Below are positions 1 to 9,742 of a stretch of DNA of 64,000 bases, in pieces. A program made the position numbers and the translations under genes. The stretch is from an uncultured Mediterraneibacter sp. (GTDB lineage Bacteria > Bacillota > Clostridia > Lachnospirales > Lachnospiraceae): contig CALWTQ010000008.1 in the NCBI GenBank assembly GCA_944384505.1, forward strand, positions 4,929 to 68,928. The letters run 5' to 3'. The first letter of the stretch is position 1, and every line of letters begins with the position of its first letter. Below the pieces are notes generated by a model. It did no database searches and was not told where the DNA came from. It saw only the letters and a program-made list of their open reading frames with translations.

Positions 1-1115
1 GTTGTAAGCACGCATCTTCCTCTGTCAAATCCGCTGGTCTCGCTCCCATTCTGTCTCGTAATATTTACAAGGCCATCCGGTCCCGCCAGAGCCGGCAGCA
101 TCACATAATCCTCATAGTTGTCAATATTTGCGATATCCCACGTAAAGCAGAGGCCGTATCTGTGATTCTTCCCCTTTGCCACATAAGTAGACCATTCCTG
201 AGTAAACGCTTCGGGATCTACGAGATCCTGTTCAACAAGAGAATGCAGCCATTCGATTCCTTCTTTGTAACCCTCCTGAACCGTTGTATAGATCACTTCC
301 CCCTCATCTGTCACCGCGAAATGATCTCCAGTATCTCCATAGCCATCTCCAAAGCCGTTGATCAGGATTGCTGGATCCTGATCGCCATTGTTGATGATGA
401 ATGACATAGGGATCACATCACCCTCGATATCAAATTCTTCTTCAAGGGCGTCTGCATTGTCACGGAACGCGATCAGCGTCTGCTCCAATTCATCTGTTGT
501 GGTTGGCATATCAAGTCCGAGGAAATCCAGCCACTTCTTATTAATATACGGGATATCACCGATGGCCTGAATAGCCTCTTTTCCTTCGCCTAATTGCTCG
601 ATCCACGGGAAGGAGTAAATATGTCCATCCGGCGCAGTCACCATAGTTCTATATTCCGGATATTTTTCAAATACAGCCTGAAGATTGGGCATGTACTTAT
701 CAATTAGATTTTCCAGCGGGATAATAATGCCTTGTTTTGCATACCGAAGCAGATCATAGTCGCCCATGCCCGCCGTGAAAAGCCCGTCCGGCAGGTTTCC
801 GAACTGTGCCAGAGCAAGATTTTTCTTATCGGCAAACTGATCATCCACAAAACAGGTCCAGTCAATATGTACGTTAGTCTGCTTCTCCAGCCTCTTGAAG
901 ATCAGCTTGTCATTGGGCTCCTGCGTGGTTGTTGCCGGAGCACTTGTGATAAATGAAAGCTCTTTTGTTTCTTTGAGCGGAAATGCAACTTCTTCGATGG
1001 GAGTATCCGGATCTGTGTCCGCCGTCTGGGCGTTCCCGCTGCTGCATCCGAACAGAGACAGTGTAAGTATAAGTGACAGCCCCAGCGCTGTCAGTCTTTT
1101 CATTCTTTTCTTCAT
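1..1115 (-). CDS. Carbohydrate ABC transporter substrate-binding lipoprotein (LplA-like), 3' end runs off window
   Basis: Absent from ORF track; translated by hand from ATG at 1115 (GGAGG RBS upstream): MKKRMKRLTALGLSLILTLSLFGCSSG.. lipobox, then ..FPLKETKELSF..GHIYSFPWIE..YINKKWLDFLGLDMPTTTDEL; open to base 1; follows two permeases. Confidence 0.9.
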   Translation of the reverse strand, partial: MKKRMKRLTALGLSLILTLSLFGCSSGNAQTADTDPDTPIEEVAFPLKETKELSFITSAPATTTQEPNDKLIFKRLEKQTNVHIDWTCFVDDQFADKKNLALAQFGNLPDGLFTAGMGDYDLLRYAKQGIIIPLENLIDKYMPNLQAVFEKYPEYRTMVTAPDGHIYSFPWIEQLGEGKEAIQAIGDIPYINKKWLDFLGLDMPTTTDELEQTLIAFRDNADALEEEFDIEGDVIPMSFIINNGDQDPAILINGFGDGYGDTGDHFAVTDEGEVIYTTVQEGYKEGIEWLHSLVEQDLVDPEAFTQEWSTYVAKGKNHRYGLCFTWDIANIDNYEDYVMLPALAGPDGLVNITRQNGSETSGFDRGRCVLT

Positions 1116-1129
1116 GGATTCTCAGCCTC

Positions 1130-2032
1130 CTAACCTTTTACGGAACCTACCATGATTCCCTTGTCAAAATACTTCTGGAAGAACGGATACATAATCAGCA
1201 GCGGCAGACTCGACACAACGATGGTCGCATACTTCAAAAGCTCCGCCACTTTCGCCATCTCCGCCGTACTCTGAATATCCGCGATCATACCCGGCTGAGG
1301 CGTATTCTGCACGAGAATGGATCTCAGTACGAGCTGCAGCGGCTGCATATCCGCGTCATTCAGATAAATCATAGCATCGAAATAGCTGTTCCACATTCCC
1401 ACAAATGACCAGAGCGCCAGCACGGCAATGATCGGTTTGCACACCGGCATCATAATCTTAAAGAAATGCTGGATTTCACTTGCGCCGTCCAGGGATGAGG
1501 CCTCTCTTAACTCGCCCGGTATTGACTGATAATAGGTTCTTGCAAGAATCATGTTCCACACGTTAAATGCTCCCGGAAGAAGGATTGCCCAGATCGTATT
1601 GACCATGTGAAGGTTATTGATCAGGATAAACGTCGGGATCATGCCGCCGCCAAAAAACATGGTGATCACAAATATTATATTAAAGAACTGCCGTCCCACA
1701 AAGTCCTTCTTGGACATCGGATACGCCGCAAGCAGCGTGACAAACACGGAGATCACTGTAAATGCCGCCGAATAGAAGAAGGAGTTTGCAAAGCCGCGCC
1801 AGATCATATCATTTTCCAGCACGCGCCTGTAGGCGTCCAGCGTCCAGTCCTTAAAGTTGAAGCTGAGCCCCTGATTGTTCAGCACGTTCGGATCCATAAA
1901 GGAGGCAAGGACTACATACACCAGCGGCACAAAAACCGCAAGCACAAACAGGCCGAGCAGTGTGTATCCGACGCCGAGAATAATCCGGTCGGATGTTCCG
2001 AGTTTCATTTTTCTTCTCGTTTCCATCATCAA
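1130..2032 (-). CDS. Carbohydrate ABC transporter permease (MalG/LplC type)
   Basis: EAA loop ELREASSLDGASEIQHF, multiple TM segments, C-term PFFQKYFDKGIMVGSVKG. Confidence 0.93.
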   Translation of the reverse strand: MMMETRRKMKLGTSDRIILGVGYTLLGLFVLAVFVPLVYVVLASFMDPNVLNNQGLSFNFKDWTLDAYRRVLENDMIWRGFANSFFYSAAFTVISVFVTLLAAYPMSKKDFVGRQFFNIIFVITMFFGGGMIPTFILINNLHMVNTIWAILLPGAFNVWNMILARTYYQSIPGELREASSLDGASEIQHFFKIMMPVCKPIIAVLALWSFVGMWNSYFDAMIYLNDADMQPLQLVLRSILVQNTPQPGMIADIQSTAEMAKVAELLKYATIVVSSLPLLIMYPFFQKYFDKGIMVGSVKG

Positions 2033-2042
2033 ATCCCCCTTT

Positions 2043-2981
2043 TTATAATCCTTCGCCGTCGTTTAATTTCTTCACAACCCAGTTCACGAACACAAGCAGA
2101 ATCACATTGATCACTGAATTGAAAAGCCCGACCGCTGTTGAATAGCCATAATCGCCGTTCAGAAGACCGAGTCTGTATACATATGTAGAAAGAATCTCGG
2201 AAGCCGGAAGGTTCATATCCGTCTGCAGAGCATACGCTTTTTCAAATCCGATGCTCATAATATTTCCGGCCTGCAGGATAAACTGGATTACGATAATGTC
2301 CTTGATCGCCGGGAGCTGTACATACCGGATCTGCTGCAGGATGTTCGCCCCGTCCACAATGGCCGCTTCCTCCAGATCCTTGCTGGCGTTAGAGAGCGCC
2401 GCCGTGTACATGATGGACGACCAGCCCGCCGTCTGCCAGATTCCGCTGGCGATGTAGATCGTGCGGAACGCCTCGGGCATAGTCATCCAGTTTGTGTTAA
2501 TTCCGAACAGGGAATTGATCGGCCCCACCGGTGAAAGGAACATACGGACCATACCACAGAGCACGATAACCGAGATAAAGTTCGGCGCATAGATCAGAAG
2601 CTGAATCTTTTTTCTGATTCCCGTTCTGCGGATCTGGTTCAGCAGAAGCGCCAGTATAATCGGAATGGGGAAGCCCCACAGCAGCCCGAACACACTCAGC
2701 TTCAGCGTATTCATCAGATAGTTCATAAAGTCCGGAGATGAAAGGAACCGCCGGAAATAATCCAGCCCCACCCAGGGACTTCCCAGAACGCCTTCGATGA
2801 CGTTATAATCTTCAAAGGCGATCAGGATGCCGCCCATCGGCCCATACTTAAAGATCAGTGTAAGCAGCAGTCCCGGCAGAAGAAAGAATACATAAAGCTG
2901 CCAGTTCTTTTTCACATACTTCAGTTTTTCCCGCGGCGTCTGCTTAGCGACCGCCGTACTGTTTTTGCGGAAAACTCTCAT
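2043..2981 (-). CDS. Carbohydrate ABC transporter permease (MalF/LplB type)
   Basis: EAA loop LEEAAIVDGANILQQIRYV, SPWVGLDYF motif, TM pattern. Confidence 0.93.
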   Translation of the reverse strand: MRVFRKNSTAVAKQTPREKLKYVKKNWQLYVFFLLPGLLLTLIFKYGPMGGILIAFEDYNVIEGVLGSPWVGLDYFRRFLSSPDFMNYLMNTLKLSVFGLLWGFPIPIILALLLNQIRRTGIRKKIQLLIYAPNFISVIVLCGMVRMFLSPVGPINSLFGINTNWMTMPEAFRTIYIASGIWQTAGWSSIMYTAALSNASKDLEEAAIVDGANILQQIRYVQLPAIKDIIVIQFILQAGNIMSIGFEKAYALQTDMNLPASEILSTYVYRLGLLNGDYGYSTAVGLFNSVINVILLVFVNWVVKKLNDGEGL

Positions 2982-2998
2982 TTTTAGCCCCTCCTGTG

Positions 2999-3243
2999 TT
3001 TACATTTGCACACTCTGCATTGTTCGATCGATCTTTTATGCATAGATAATTTATTTGTTGGGTTAATACTATCATTCATTGTGCATATTGTCAATATAAT
3101 TTTTACATTTGCATAACATTTTTATTTTACAAATGCACCATTTTTATGTTTTCTGTAAAATCTTATGATTATATTTCAGGACTTTTATCTTTTCTTTACT
3201 TTACATTTGACAAATCTGCACAATTCTATTACATTAAATGTAA
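2999..3243. promoter_or_regulatory. Divergent promoter region with repeated TTACATTTG half-sites and a TTACATT-A-AATGTAA palindrome (likely sites for the adjacent LacI regulator)
   Basis: TTACATTTG at 2999, 3103, 3201; perfect palindrome at 3229-3243; lies between divergent ABC operon and LacI gene. Confidence 0.5.
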
Positions 3244-3267
3244 CACTATTATTCGGGAGGCGCTATT

Positions 3268-4305
3268 ATGGAGAAGAAAATTACAGTTCAGGATATAGCA
3301 GACGCTTTGGGGCTTTCCAGAAATACAGTATCAAAAGCACTGAATAATACAGGGGTTCTCGCCGAAGAGACACGCCAGAAGATACTTGAGAAAGCAGCGG
3401 AAATGGGCTACCGGCGCGTGATCTATCTGTCACAGCCTTCCCCATCTGAAAATACTGAGATAAAAGAACTTGCTCTGATTACACAGAATATGCCTTATGG
3501 CTCCCATTTCGGAACTTATGCGCTAAATACATTTCAGGAAAAAATAAGCAGAAATAATTACCGGCTCTCTATGTTTCCGGTAAGAGAGACGGAAATCTCG
3601 TCTCTCCGGCTTCCGATGGGGTTTAATAAAGAAAAGACAGCCGGGATCATCTGCCTGGAGATGTTTGATATAGAATATATCGAAATGCTGAACAGTCTCA
3701 ATATCCCGCTCCTTTTTATAGATACAGCGGCCGATGCGGATATGACCCGCATCAACGCGGATTTCCTCCTGATGGAAAATCACATGAGCGTCTTTAACTT
3801 GACAGATACCCTGATCCAGAACGGCTTGTGCAGCCTGGCATTCGCAGGGGATCCAAAACACTGCCGCTCTTTTTCCGAGCGGTATCAGGGGTTTATGCAT
3901 GCTCTTAGTGAGAACGCTCTCTCCCCCTGCACCGCTCAGTTCACCGGAAGAACAGTCTTTGACAATCCGGACACGCTCAGAGAGGCGATCCGGCGCACGC
4001 TGCAGCTTCCCGATGTATTCGTATGCGCAAACGATTTTGTCGCCATTGACCTGATCGGCGCCCTGAAAAAAGAAGGAATCAGCGTGCCGGGAGATGTCCG
4101 CATCACGGGATTCGATAACTCCACCGAGTCCCGCATTGTCGATCCTCACCTGACAACGGTCGATATCCCGAGTTCACAGATCGGATATATCGCCGCGGAC
4201 ATGCTCCTCTCCCGCATTAACGAACCGGATACCCCCTACAGGATCACTCATGTCAGAACAACTTTGAAGTTCAGGGATTCTACGGGGAAACTTACACTAT
4301 ATTAG
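3268..4305 (+). CDS. LacI-family transcriptional regulator
   Basis: N-term HTH ITVQDIADALGLSRNTVSKALN; C-term periplasmic-binding-like domain (VCANDFVA, ITGFDN, LTTV). Confidence 0.93.
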   Translation: MEKKITVQDIADALGLSRNTVSKALNNTGVLAEETRQKILEKAAEMGYRRVIYLSQPSPSENTEIKELALITQNMPYGSHFGTYALNTFQEKISRNNYRLSMFPVRETEISSLRLPMGFNKEKTAGIICLEMFDIEYIEMLNSLNIPLLFIDTAADADMTRINADFLLMENHMSVFNLTDTLIQNGLCSLAFAGDPKHCRSFSERYQGFMHALSENALSPCTAQFTGRTVFDNPDTLREAIRRTLQLPDVFVCANDFVAIDLIGALKKEGISVPGDVRITGFDNSTESRIVDPHLTTVDIPSSQIGYIAADMLLSRINEPDTPYRITHVRTTLKFRDSTGKLTLY

Positions 4306-4319
4306 TGAAGCCATGGAGC

Positions 4320-4414
4320 TGACAGCTAACAAATTATTTAGTTGCTGTCACGTAGAAAAGGGGCAGTCCCATAGAGAATCTGTGCTTTGCCGGCATGAAT
4401 TCTCTATGGGACTG
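4320..4414. terminator. Paired hairpins between convergent genes (bidirectional terminator)
   Basis: TGACAGC..GCTGTCA stem 4320-4350; perfect 16-bp stem CAGTCCCATAGAGAAT (4364-4379)/ATTCTCTATGGGACTG (4399-4414). Confidence 0.7.
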
Positions 4415-4425
4415 TCTATCACTCT

Positions 4426-5091
4426 CTATTCTTCTCTACTAAATACGCGCCCGATCTCCTGTTTAAATTTCCTAATTTCTTTCAGCGGATTCTCACTTTT
4501 CGCAATCGCCGTCCCAATAATAAAGGAATAAATAGGCAGATCTTTAAACTTCTCTATTTTATCCAGCTTCAGCTTTCCGGTCACAGATACCCGGAGCCCT
4601 TTCGAACACAGCAGCTTCACTGTCTCTGTATCCTTGTCATCCCATGCAAACCCCGGATTAACAGAATGGTAGATCACATTTTCAATCCCTGAGCTTTTCC
4701 AGGCGTCAATCAGTTCTTCCGGAAAAGGCTCATGATTCTCCACATGGATATACATATACATTTTCTTATTTCTTTTTGTATAAATCTCATCTACCGCGGC
4801 CGCCACCATATCCATATCTCTGCTGCTGACCGCTATGACAGCATCCGCACCTGCGTCCATCAGCGGCGGGACACTCCCCCTGGCGGTCGGCATCAGCATT
4901 TTTATATCTGCCACGATTTCTTTTTCCGGGAATAGTGTCTTTACATATTTTATGACACGGTTTCCTTCTGAAAAAATAATACTGGAGCCCAGTTCGATCA
5001 CATCTGCTTCCTCGCCCACACCATCTTTCAGGCAGGACAATGTCTCTTCCACAGACAATGTATCCAATGCATAATGTAATTTCGGCAGCAT
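4426..5091 (-). CDS. OMP-decarboxylase/HUMPS superfamily protein (3-hexulose-6-P synthase / 3-keto-L-gulonate-6-P decarboxylase-like), atypical active site
   Basis: LHYALD, DVIELGS, IVADIK, VSVTGKL, FIIGTAI match the HPS/UlaD (beta/alpha)8 layout; second Asp of DxKxxD is missing. Confidence 0.8.
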   Translation of the reverse strand: MLPKLHYALDTLSVEETLSCLKDGVGEEADVIELGSSIIFSEGNRVIKYVKTLFPEKEIVADIKMLMPTARGSVPPLMDAGADAVIAVSSRDMDMVAAAVDEIYTKRNKKMYMYIHVENHEPFPEELIDAWKSSGIENVIYHSVNPGFAWDDKDTETVKLLCSKGLRVSVTGKLKLDKIEKFKDLPIYSFIIGTAIAKSENPLKEIRKFKQEIGRVFSREE

Positions 5092-5103
5092 TATGACATC
5101 CTC

Positions 5104-5586
5104 CTATTTCATTTTTAGCTTATCGAATGTTACCAATTTCTCCTGAGGCATAAATTGCAGATATACTTCGACCTGTAAGTCATTCAGTTCCTTTAGCTTT
5201 TCATACTCATCCGGACTCATAAAACATGTCTTATAAACCGGTTTTCTCCCAGGAGCAGTCGGTATATTTCCGATATTCAGCTTTTTATAGTGAAACCCGG
5301 ATTTCCATGATCGATATGCTGCATCAACATCCCGGAAGAGCACCATGACTTTTCCGTCTCCAAATTGATCTTTATCCCATTCTGCCGCTGCTTTTTCAAC
5401 AGAATATACGATCGCCTTCGTTCCTACCGGAGCCGCAAACTGCAGCCCCATAGCCAGCATCTCATCCGCCGCCACAATATCGTCAATTACGATAATCTTG
5501 CTCGCTCTTACCACATTATTCCAGCTCGTCGTAATCTGTCCATGTATCATCCTGGAATCGATTCTTACAAATCCCACCTCTGCCAA
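5104..5586 (-). CDS. PTS mannose/fructose/sorbose family EIIB
   Basis: FVRIDSRMIHGQI phospho-His motif, LNIGN. Confidence 0.93.
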   Translation of the reverse strand: MAEVGFVRIDSRMIHGQITTSWNNVVRASKIIVIDDIVAADEMLAMGLQFAAPVGTKAIVYSVEKAAAEWDKDQFGDGKVMVLFRDVDAAYRSWKSGFHYKKLNIGNIPTAPGRKPVYKTCFMSPDEYEKLKELNDLQVEVYLQFMPQEKLVTFDKLKMK

Positions 5587-5622
5587 AATAACACCTCCCT
5601 ATTTTCTATATAAGATTCTAGT

Positions 5623-6498
5623 TTAAAACAATCCAATTACCGCCCCTAAGAGCGCGATTACAATCACTCCCAAAATTGCATATAGAATTTTCCCTCCTTT
5701 GCGCAGAAACGCATAGCAGCCGAGCGTCAGCGCCATCGGGAGCATACCGGGCATGATCCCATCCAAAGTCGACTGCAGACTCAGCGCAGCTCCTGTGGAG
5801 AGTTCCCATTCTGGGATTAATGAAATGCTGACATAATTTGTTGTCATAACTCCCATCATAAATGCGCCAAGCACACTTACTCCAAGCATCAGGCTTTTCA
5901 TCTTTCCAGACGTCATTACTTCCATCAGATATTTTTTCCCTTTGCTGTATCCGATGTGACAGGAAAAATACGCAATCCCGCTGAACCATAAGAAAATACA
6001 AACTGCTGCCAGCAGTCCGGCCGCACTCCCCGCAAGCGCGAACGGAATGAACAATGCCCGGAAAACAGAAGACATTGTTGCAGAGTTCAATGCATCTCCA
6101 AATCCTGCCGACGGCCCCATCAAAGCAGATTTCATACCGGTTATCGCCGCATCACTGATATCCGCTCCATTCGCCTTTTCCTCTTCCATCGCGACAGTCA
6201 GCCCGATGATCGCCGCCCCAAATCCCGGGTCAGTCATAAAAGTCTCCAGATGCCTTGTCAGAGCTTTGCTCAGATCATCTTTTCTCGGATACAGTTTTTT
6301 CAAAACCGGAATCAGTGTAACACAGACGCCCAGACCATAATATCTCTCAAAACATTGAGAAATTCTGTGGAATGACAGCCAGTAAGCCCAGGTCTTTGTA
6401 ATATCTTTCTTTGTCAATTCTATATGGGGCTTTGTCTCATTGGAATTCTGTACATTATCATTTCGTTCCATTGCTGTATTCATCGTGTTTTCTGACAT
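5623..6498 (-). CDS. PTS mannose/fructose/sorbose family EIID
   Basis: LYPRKDDLSKALTRHLETFMT, MKSALMGPSAGFGD, LQSTLDGIMPGMLP. Confidence 0.92.
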   Translation of the reverse strand: MSENTMNTAMERNDNVQNSNETKPHIELTKKDITKTWAYWLSFHRISQCFERYYGLGVCVTLIPVLKKLYPRKDDLSKALTRHLETFMTDPGFGAAIIGLTVAMEEEKANGADISDAAITGMKSALMGPSAGFGDALNSATMSSVFRALFIPFALAGSAAGLLAAVCIFLWFSGIAYFSCHIGYSKGKKYLMEVMTSGKMKSLMLGVSVLGAFMMGVMTTNYVSISLIPEWELSTGAALSLQSTLDGIMPGMLPMALTLGCYAFLRKGGKILYAILGVIVIALLGAVIGLF

Positions 6499-6515
6499 TA
6501 CATTTCCCTCCTTTT

Positions 6516-7265
6516 CTATGCTGCCGCAGTTTTATCCTGTGTAAATGTTACATGCAGTATTCCAAGGATTGCCCCGACTACCGCCGTAACTACGATCGGT
6601 ACAGACGCCACCTGTGTGATTACAACTGCCAGTACATAGTATACAAGCAGGAATGGTTTATTCAGCAGGACCAGAATCATTGCAAGCCCTGTTGCCGGCA
6701 GCATGCCACCCGCCACACGGAATCCATTCATCAGCCAGTCAGGAATTGCCTCTACCAGCGCAGTCGCTGTATTGGCGCCAAGGTACACAATCACCGCAAC
6801 GGGGATCCATCGGATAATCACATTAAAGATAAGCGGGCCGCCAATTCCATCAAACATGATCGCTTTAGTATTTGCCTGAAGAGCATGTTTGTCCGCTCTT
6901 CTTGTCCAATACCCCATGACCGTTCTCCGGAAGTTATCCAGGAATACTCCCAGTACTCCGAATGGAACGGACATGACCATTGCCTCTTCTACGCCCATAC
7001 CGGTTGACATTGCGATTGGAATAGCAACACAGCATGCAAGCTGAGAATCTACTGAGAGATTCGCTCCAGGAGCCATAACTCCCGCAATATAAAGAATCTG
7101 GAAATTACCACCCATAATAAGACCCGTTTTAAAATCTCCCATGATCAAACCGATTGCCGCGCCGATCACAATTGCCTCTTTGAAAAAGAATTGAATAAAA
7201 GGACTTTCCACATATGCAAGATAATAAATAAATCCTACTCCAATCGCAATCCATAAATTTTCCAT
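6516..7265 (-). CDS. PTS mannose/fructose/sorbose family EIIC
   Basis: IGLIMGDFKTGLIMGGNFQ, IPDWLMNGFRVAGGMLPATGLAMIL. Confidence 0.92.
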   Translation of the reverse strand: MENLWIAIGVGFIYYLAYVESPFIQFFFKEAIVIGAAIGLIMGDFKTGLIMGGNFQILYIAGVMAPGANLSVDSQLACCVAIPIAMSTGMGVEEAMVMSVPFGVLGVFLDNFRRTVMGYWTRRADKHALQANTKAIMFDGIGGPLIFNVIIRWIPVAVIVYLGANTATALVEAIPDWLMNGFRVAGGMLPATGLAMILVLLNKPFLLVYYVLAVVITQVASVPIVVTAVVGAILGILHVTFTQDKTAAA

Positions 7266-7296
7266 ATACTTTCTCCTTCCTACTCATCGTCGGAAC

Positions 7297-8337
7297 TTAG
7301 TATTTCACTTCATTTGTCAATTTTTCACCTTTCAGATACTTTTCCAGATCTGCCGATAATATTTCCATGGATAATTCTTCCAATTCGCAGCATACTCCCG
7401 CAAGATGAGGAATCAGGGTAACATTTTCTAATTTGCGCAGCGGATGGTCTGCCGGAAGCGGCTCTTCTACATATACATCAAGCGCTGCGCCCATTATTTT
7501 ATTTTCCTGCAGCGCTTTTACCAGGGCATTTTCATCCACAAGCCCTGCTCTTGCGGTATTAATGAGATATGCTTCTGGTTTCATCATTGCGAGTTCTCTT
7601 TCGCCTATCATTTTTTCTGTCTCCGATGTAAGTCTAAAATGTACGGATATAATATCAGCTGTTTTCATCAGCTCTTCTAACGTTACTTTTTCAAATCCAT
7701 CGCCCCGGATCTGTTCTTCACTGCAATACGGATCATAGACAATAATCCTGGATCCAAACGGAACTAACCTGGCAGCCACTTTCTTTCCCACCTGGCCATA
7801 TCCTACGATCCCCACAGTCATACTTTTCATCGTATGTATCCTGCCATCGTTCGGATATGGTACCTCCCATTTTCCGGCGCGCATTCCCCTGTCTCCACGA
7901 GTAATATTCCGTGTTTCTGCCAGCATCAGACCCACTGTAAAATCCGCAACCGGAACAGAAACACGCCCTGGGGACAGCACCACCCGTACACCTTTTTCTT
8001 TTGCCTTTTCTGCGTTGATATTTTCCATGCCGCTTCGCAGGAGCCCTACCATTTCCAGATGCTCACCGGCATCCAGATAGGCGCTGCAGACAGGATTTAA
8101 ATGAGCGACAAGCACATCAGCATCTTTTACTTTTTCCAGGACCTCTTCATTGACAGGCAATGCGTCAGGCCCTTCTTCCTCCATCCTGCGGAAAGAAGTC
8201 TGCAGTTCCCCCCGGTTATGGTTCTGCTTATCTTCCACAATTTCCAGCTTCGCCCCATACTTCTCCAGGTAAGAAAATCCTTTTAGCATATTTTCCTTAT
8301 CTATTCCCACGTCACTGATACATAGAATTTTTTTCAT
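7297..8337 (-). CDS. D-isomer-specific 2-hydroxyacid dehydrogenase (SerA-like, no ACT domain)
   Basis: GIVGYGQVG Rossmann motif; INTARAGLVDE, LDVYVEEPL, IPHLAG give the Arg/Glu/His catalytic set. Confidence 0.9.
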   Translation of the reverse strand: MKKILCISDVGIDKENMLKGFSYLEKYGAKLEIVEDKQNHNRGELQTSFRRMEEEGPDALPVNEEVLEKVKDADVLVAHLNPVCSAYLDAGEHLEMVGLLRSGMENINAEKAKEKGVRVVLSPGRVSVPVADFTVGLMLAETRNITRGDRGMRAGKWEVPYPNDGRIHTMKSMTVGIVGYGQVGKKVAARLVPFGSRIIVYDPYCSEEQIRGDGFEKVTLEELMKTADIISVHFRLTSETEKMIGERELAMMKPEAYLINTARAGLVDENALVKALQENKIMGAALDVYVEEPLPADHPLRKLENVTLIPHLAGVCCELEELSMEILSADLEKYLKGEKLTNEVKY

Positions 8338-8365
8338 TTTATATAATGTCTCCTTCCTTTTTCTT

Positions 8366-9235
8366 CTAGTACCGGTTTGTCTGTCCGAACAATTTCATAA
8401 AATGAATCATTTTCTCCTTGTACCCCTTTAACCCCTGTTCTTCCATGAGAAAAATCTTCGGACTGTCATCTTCCTTTAAATAATTCTGGGAATAATTCAG
8501 AGCTTCTTCCGCCAGTTCTGAAAAAATATTGATCTTAGCAATTCCGCCTTCTACAAATCTTTTCAGATTCTCATCCCCACTGTAAGAAGCGCCGTGGAGC
8601 ACAAGCGGTTTATCTACCGCAGCTTTAATCGCAGCCAATCTGTCAAAATCCATCTTTGGCTCCTTTTTATATACCCCATGCGTAGTGCCAACCGCTACTG
8701 CTACACAGTCTACGCCAGTCTGCTTTAAATACTCTGCCGCATCTTCCGGAGTGGTCAGCTCTTCCGAATCCTCTTCATAACTGAAATTGATATTTCCATT
8801 TTCATCAGGGGCGCAGAACCCCAGGCCTCCCACATGTCCAATTTCGCCTTCTACGCTCACGCCTGCAGCATGTGCCATTTTAACAACCTCTTTTGTCTGA
8901 CGCACATTTTCTTCAAACGGAAGCGAAGACTTATCAATCATCACAGACGTGTAGCCATAATGGATCATTCTTGCAGCCATATCAAAGTCAAAACCATGAT
9001 CCAGATTCAGCGCAACAGGGACTTCCGGATATTTCCTCTCCCAATATTTCGCCGCTCCGGCGATCCATTCCATGTCTTTTACGAAGCCGGATACATTGAT
9101 GATCATCGGGGCCCTAAGTTCGCTTGCCGCCTCATAACATTTCTGCACACTTTCTCCATTCCATACATTTACTGCCGCTACTGCATAATGATTTTCTACC
9201 GCATGCTCCAAAATTTTGGTCATGTTCACTAACAT
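8366..9235 (-). CDS. Class II fructose/tagatose-bisphosphate aldolase family protein
   Basis: LNLDHG, VEGEIGHVGG, VGTTHGVYK, LVLHGAS zinc-binding motifs. Confidence 0.9.
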   Translation of the reverse strand: MLVNMTKILEHAVENHYAVAAVNVWNGESVQKCYEAASELRAPMIINVSGFVKDMEWIAGAAKYWERKYPEVPVALNLDHGFDFDMAARMIHYGYTSVMIDKSSLPFEENVRQTKEVVKMAHAAGVSVEGEIGHVGGLGFCAPDENGNINFSYEEDSEELTTPEDAAEYLKQTGVDCVAVAVGTTHGVYKKEPKMDFDRLAAIKAAVDKPLVLHGASYSGDENLKRFVEGGIAKINIFSELAEEALNYSQNYLKEDDSPKIFLMEEQGLKGYKEKMIHFMKLFGQTNRY

Positions 9236-9334
9236 AATGCCAATCCTCCTTTTTATTAATACACTGAAGCGTTCTCTCCATCCCTGCCCTTTTGTAATTC
9301 CACCTCCTGTCCGGCTTTTTTTCTGACAGAGTTC

Positions 9335-9742
9335 CTATTGATTCATTTGCTGATTAAATGTCTCCGTCACATTCATCATCTGACGCTTTCCTTCCTCAAT
9401 CGCATATTCAACTCTGTCTGAAATTTTCTCTGAAGTTTCATCCAAAGCATACTGAATCAAAAGAGCCAGATTCAAACCTGAAACGATCGTATAGTTCTTA
9501 TATTTTTTTGAATTGCGAAGCGCTACATTGCATGGTGTCCCCGATATGATATCTACCATCACAACAATATTTTCTCCATCCTGCGCTGCAGAGGCAATTG
9601 TATTAAACTGTTCTTCCACAGCCTCAGGACTCATCTCCGGCTGCACACAAATCGTATAGGTATTCTTTATTTCCCCTATGATCATCTGTGCGCTGTGCAG
9701 AATTCCTTCAGCAAAGTTTCCATGCGTCATTAAAATTAGCAT
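9335..9742 (-). CDS. PTS mannose-family EIIA
   Basis: LMTHGNFAEG phospho-His, MVDIISGTPCN, VSGLNLALL. Confidence 0.9.
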   Translation of the reverse strand: MLILMTHGNFAEGILHSAQMIIGEIKNTYTICVQPEMSPEAVEEQFNTIASAAQDGENIVVMVDIISGTPCNVALRNSKKYKNYTIVSGLNLALLIQYALDETSEKISDRVEYAIEEGKRQMMNVTETFNQQMNQ

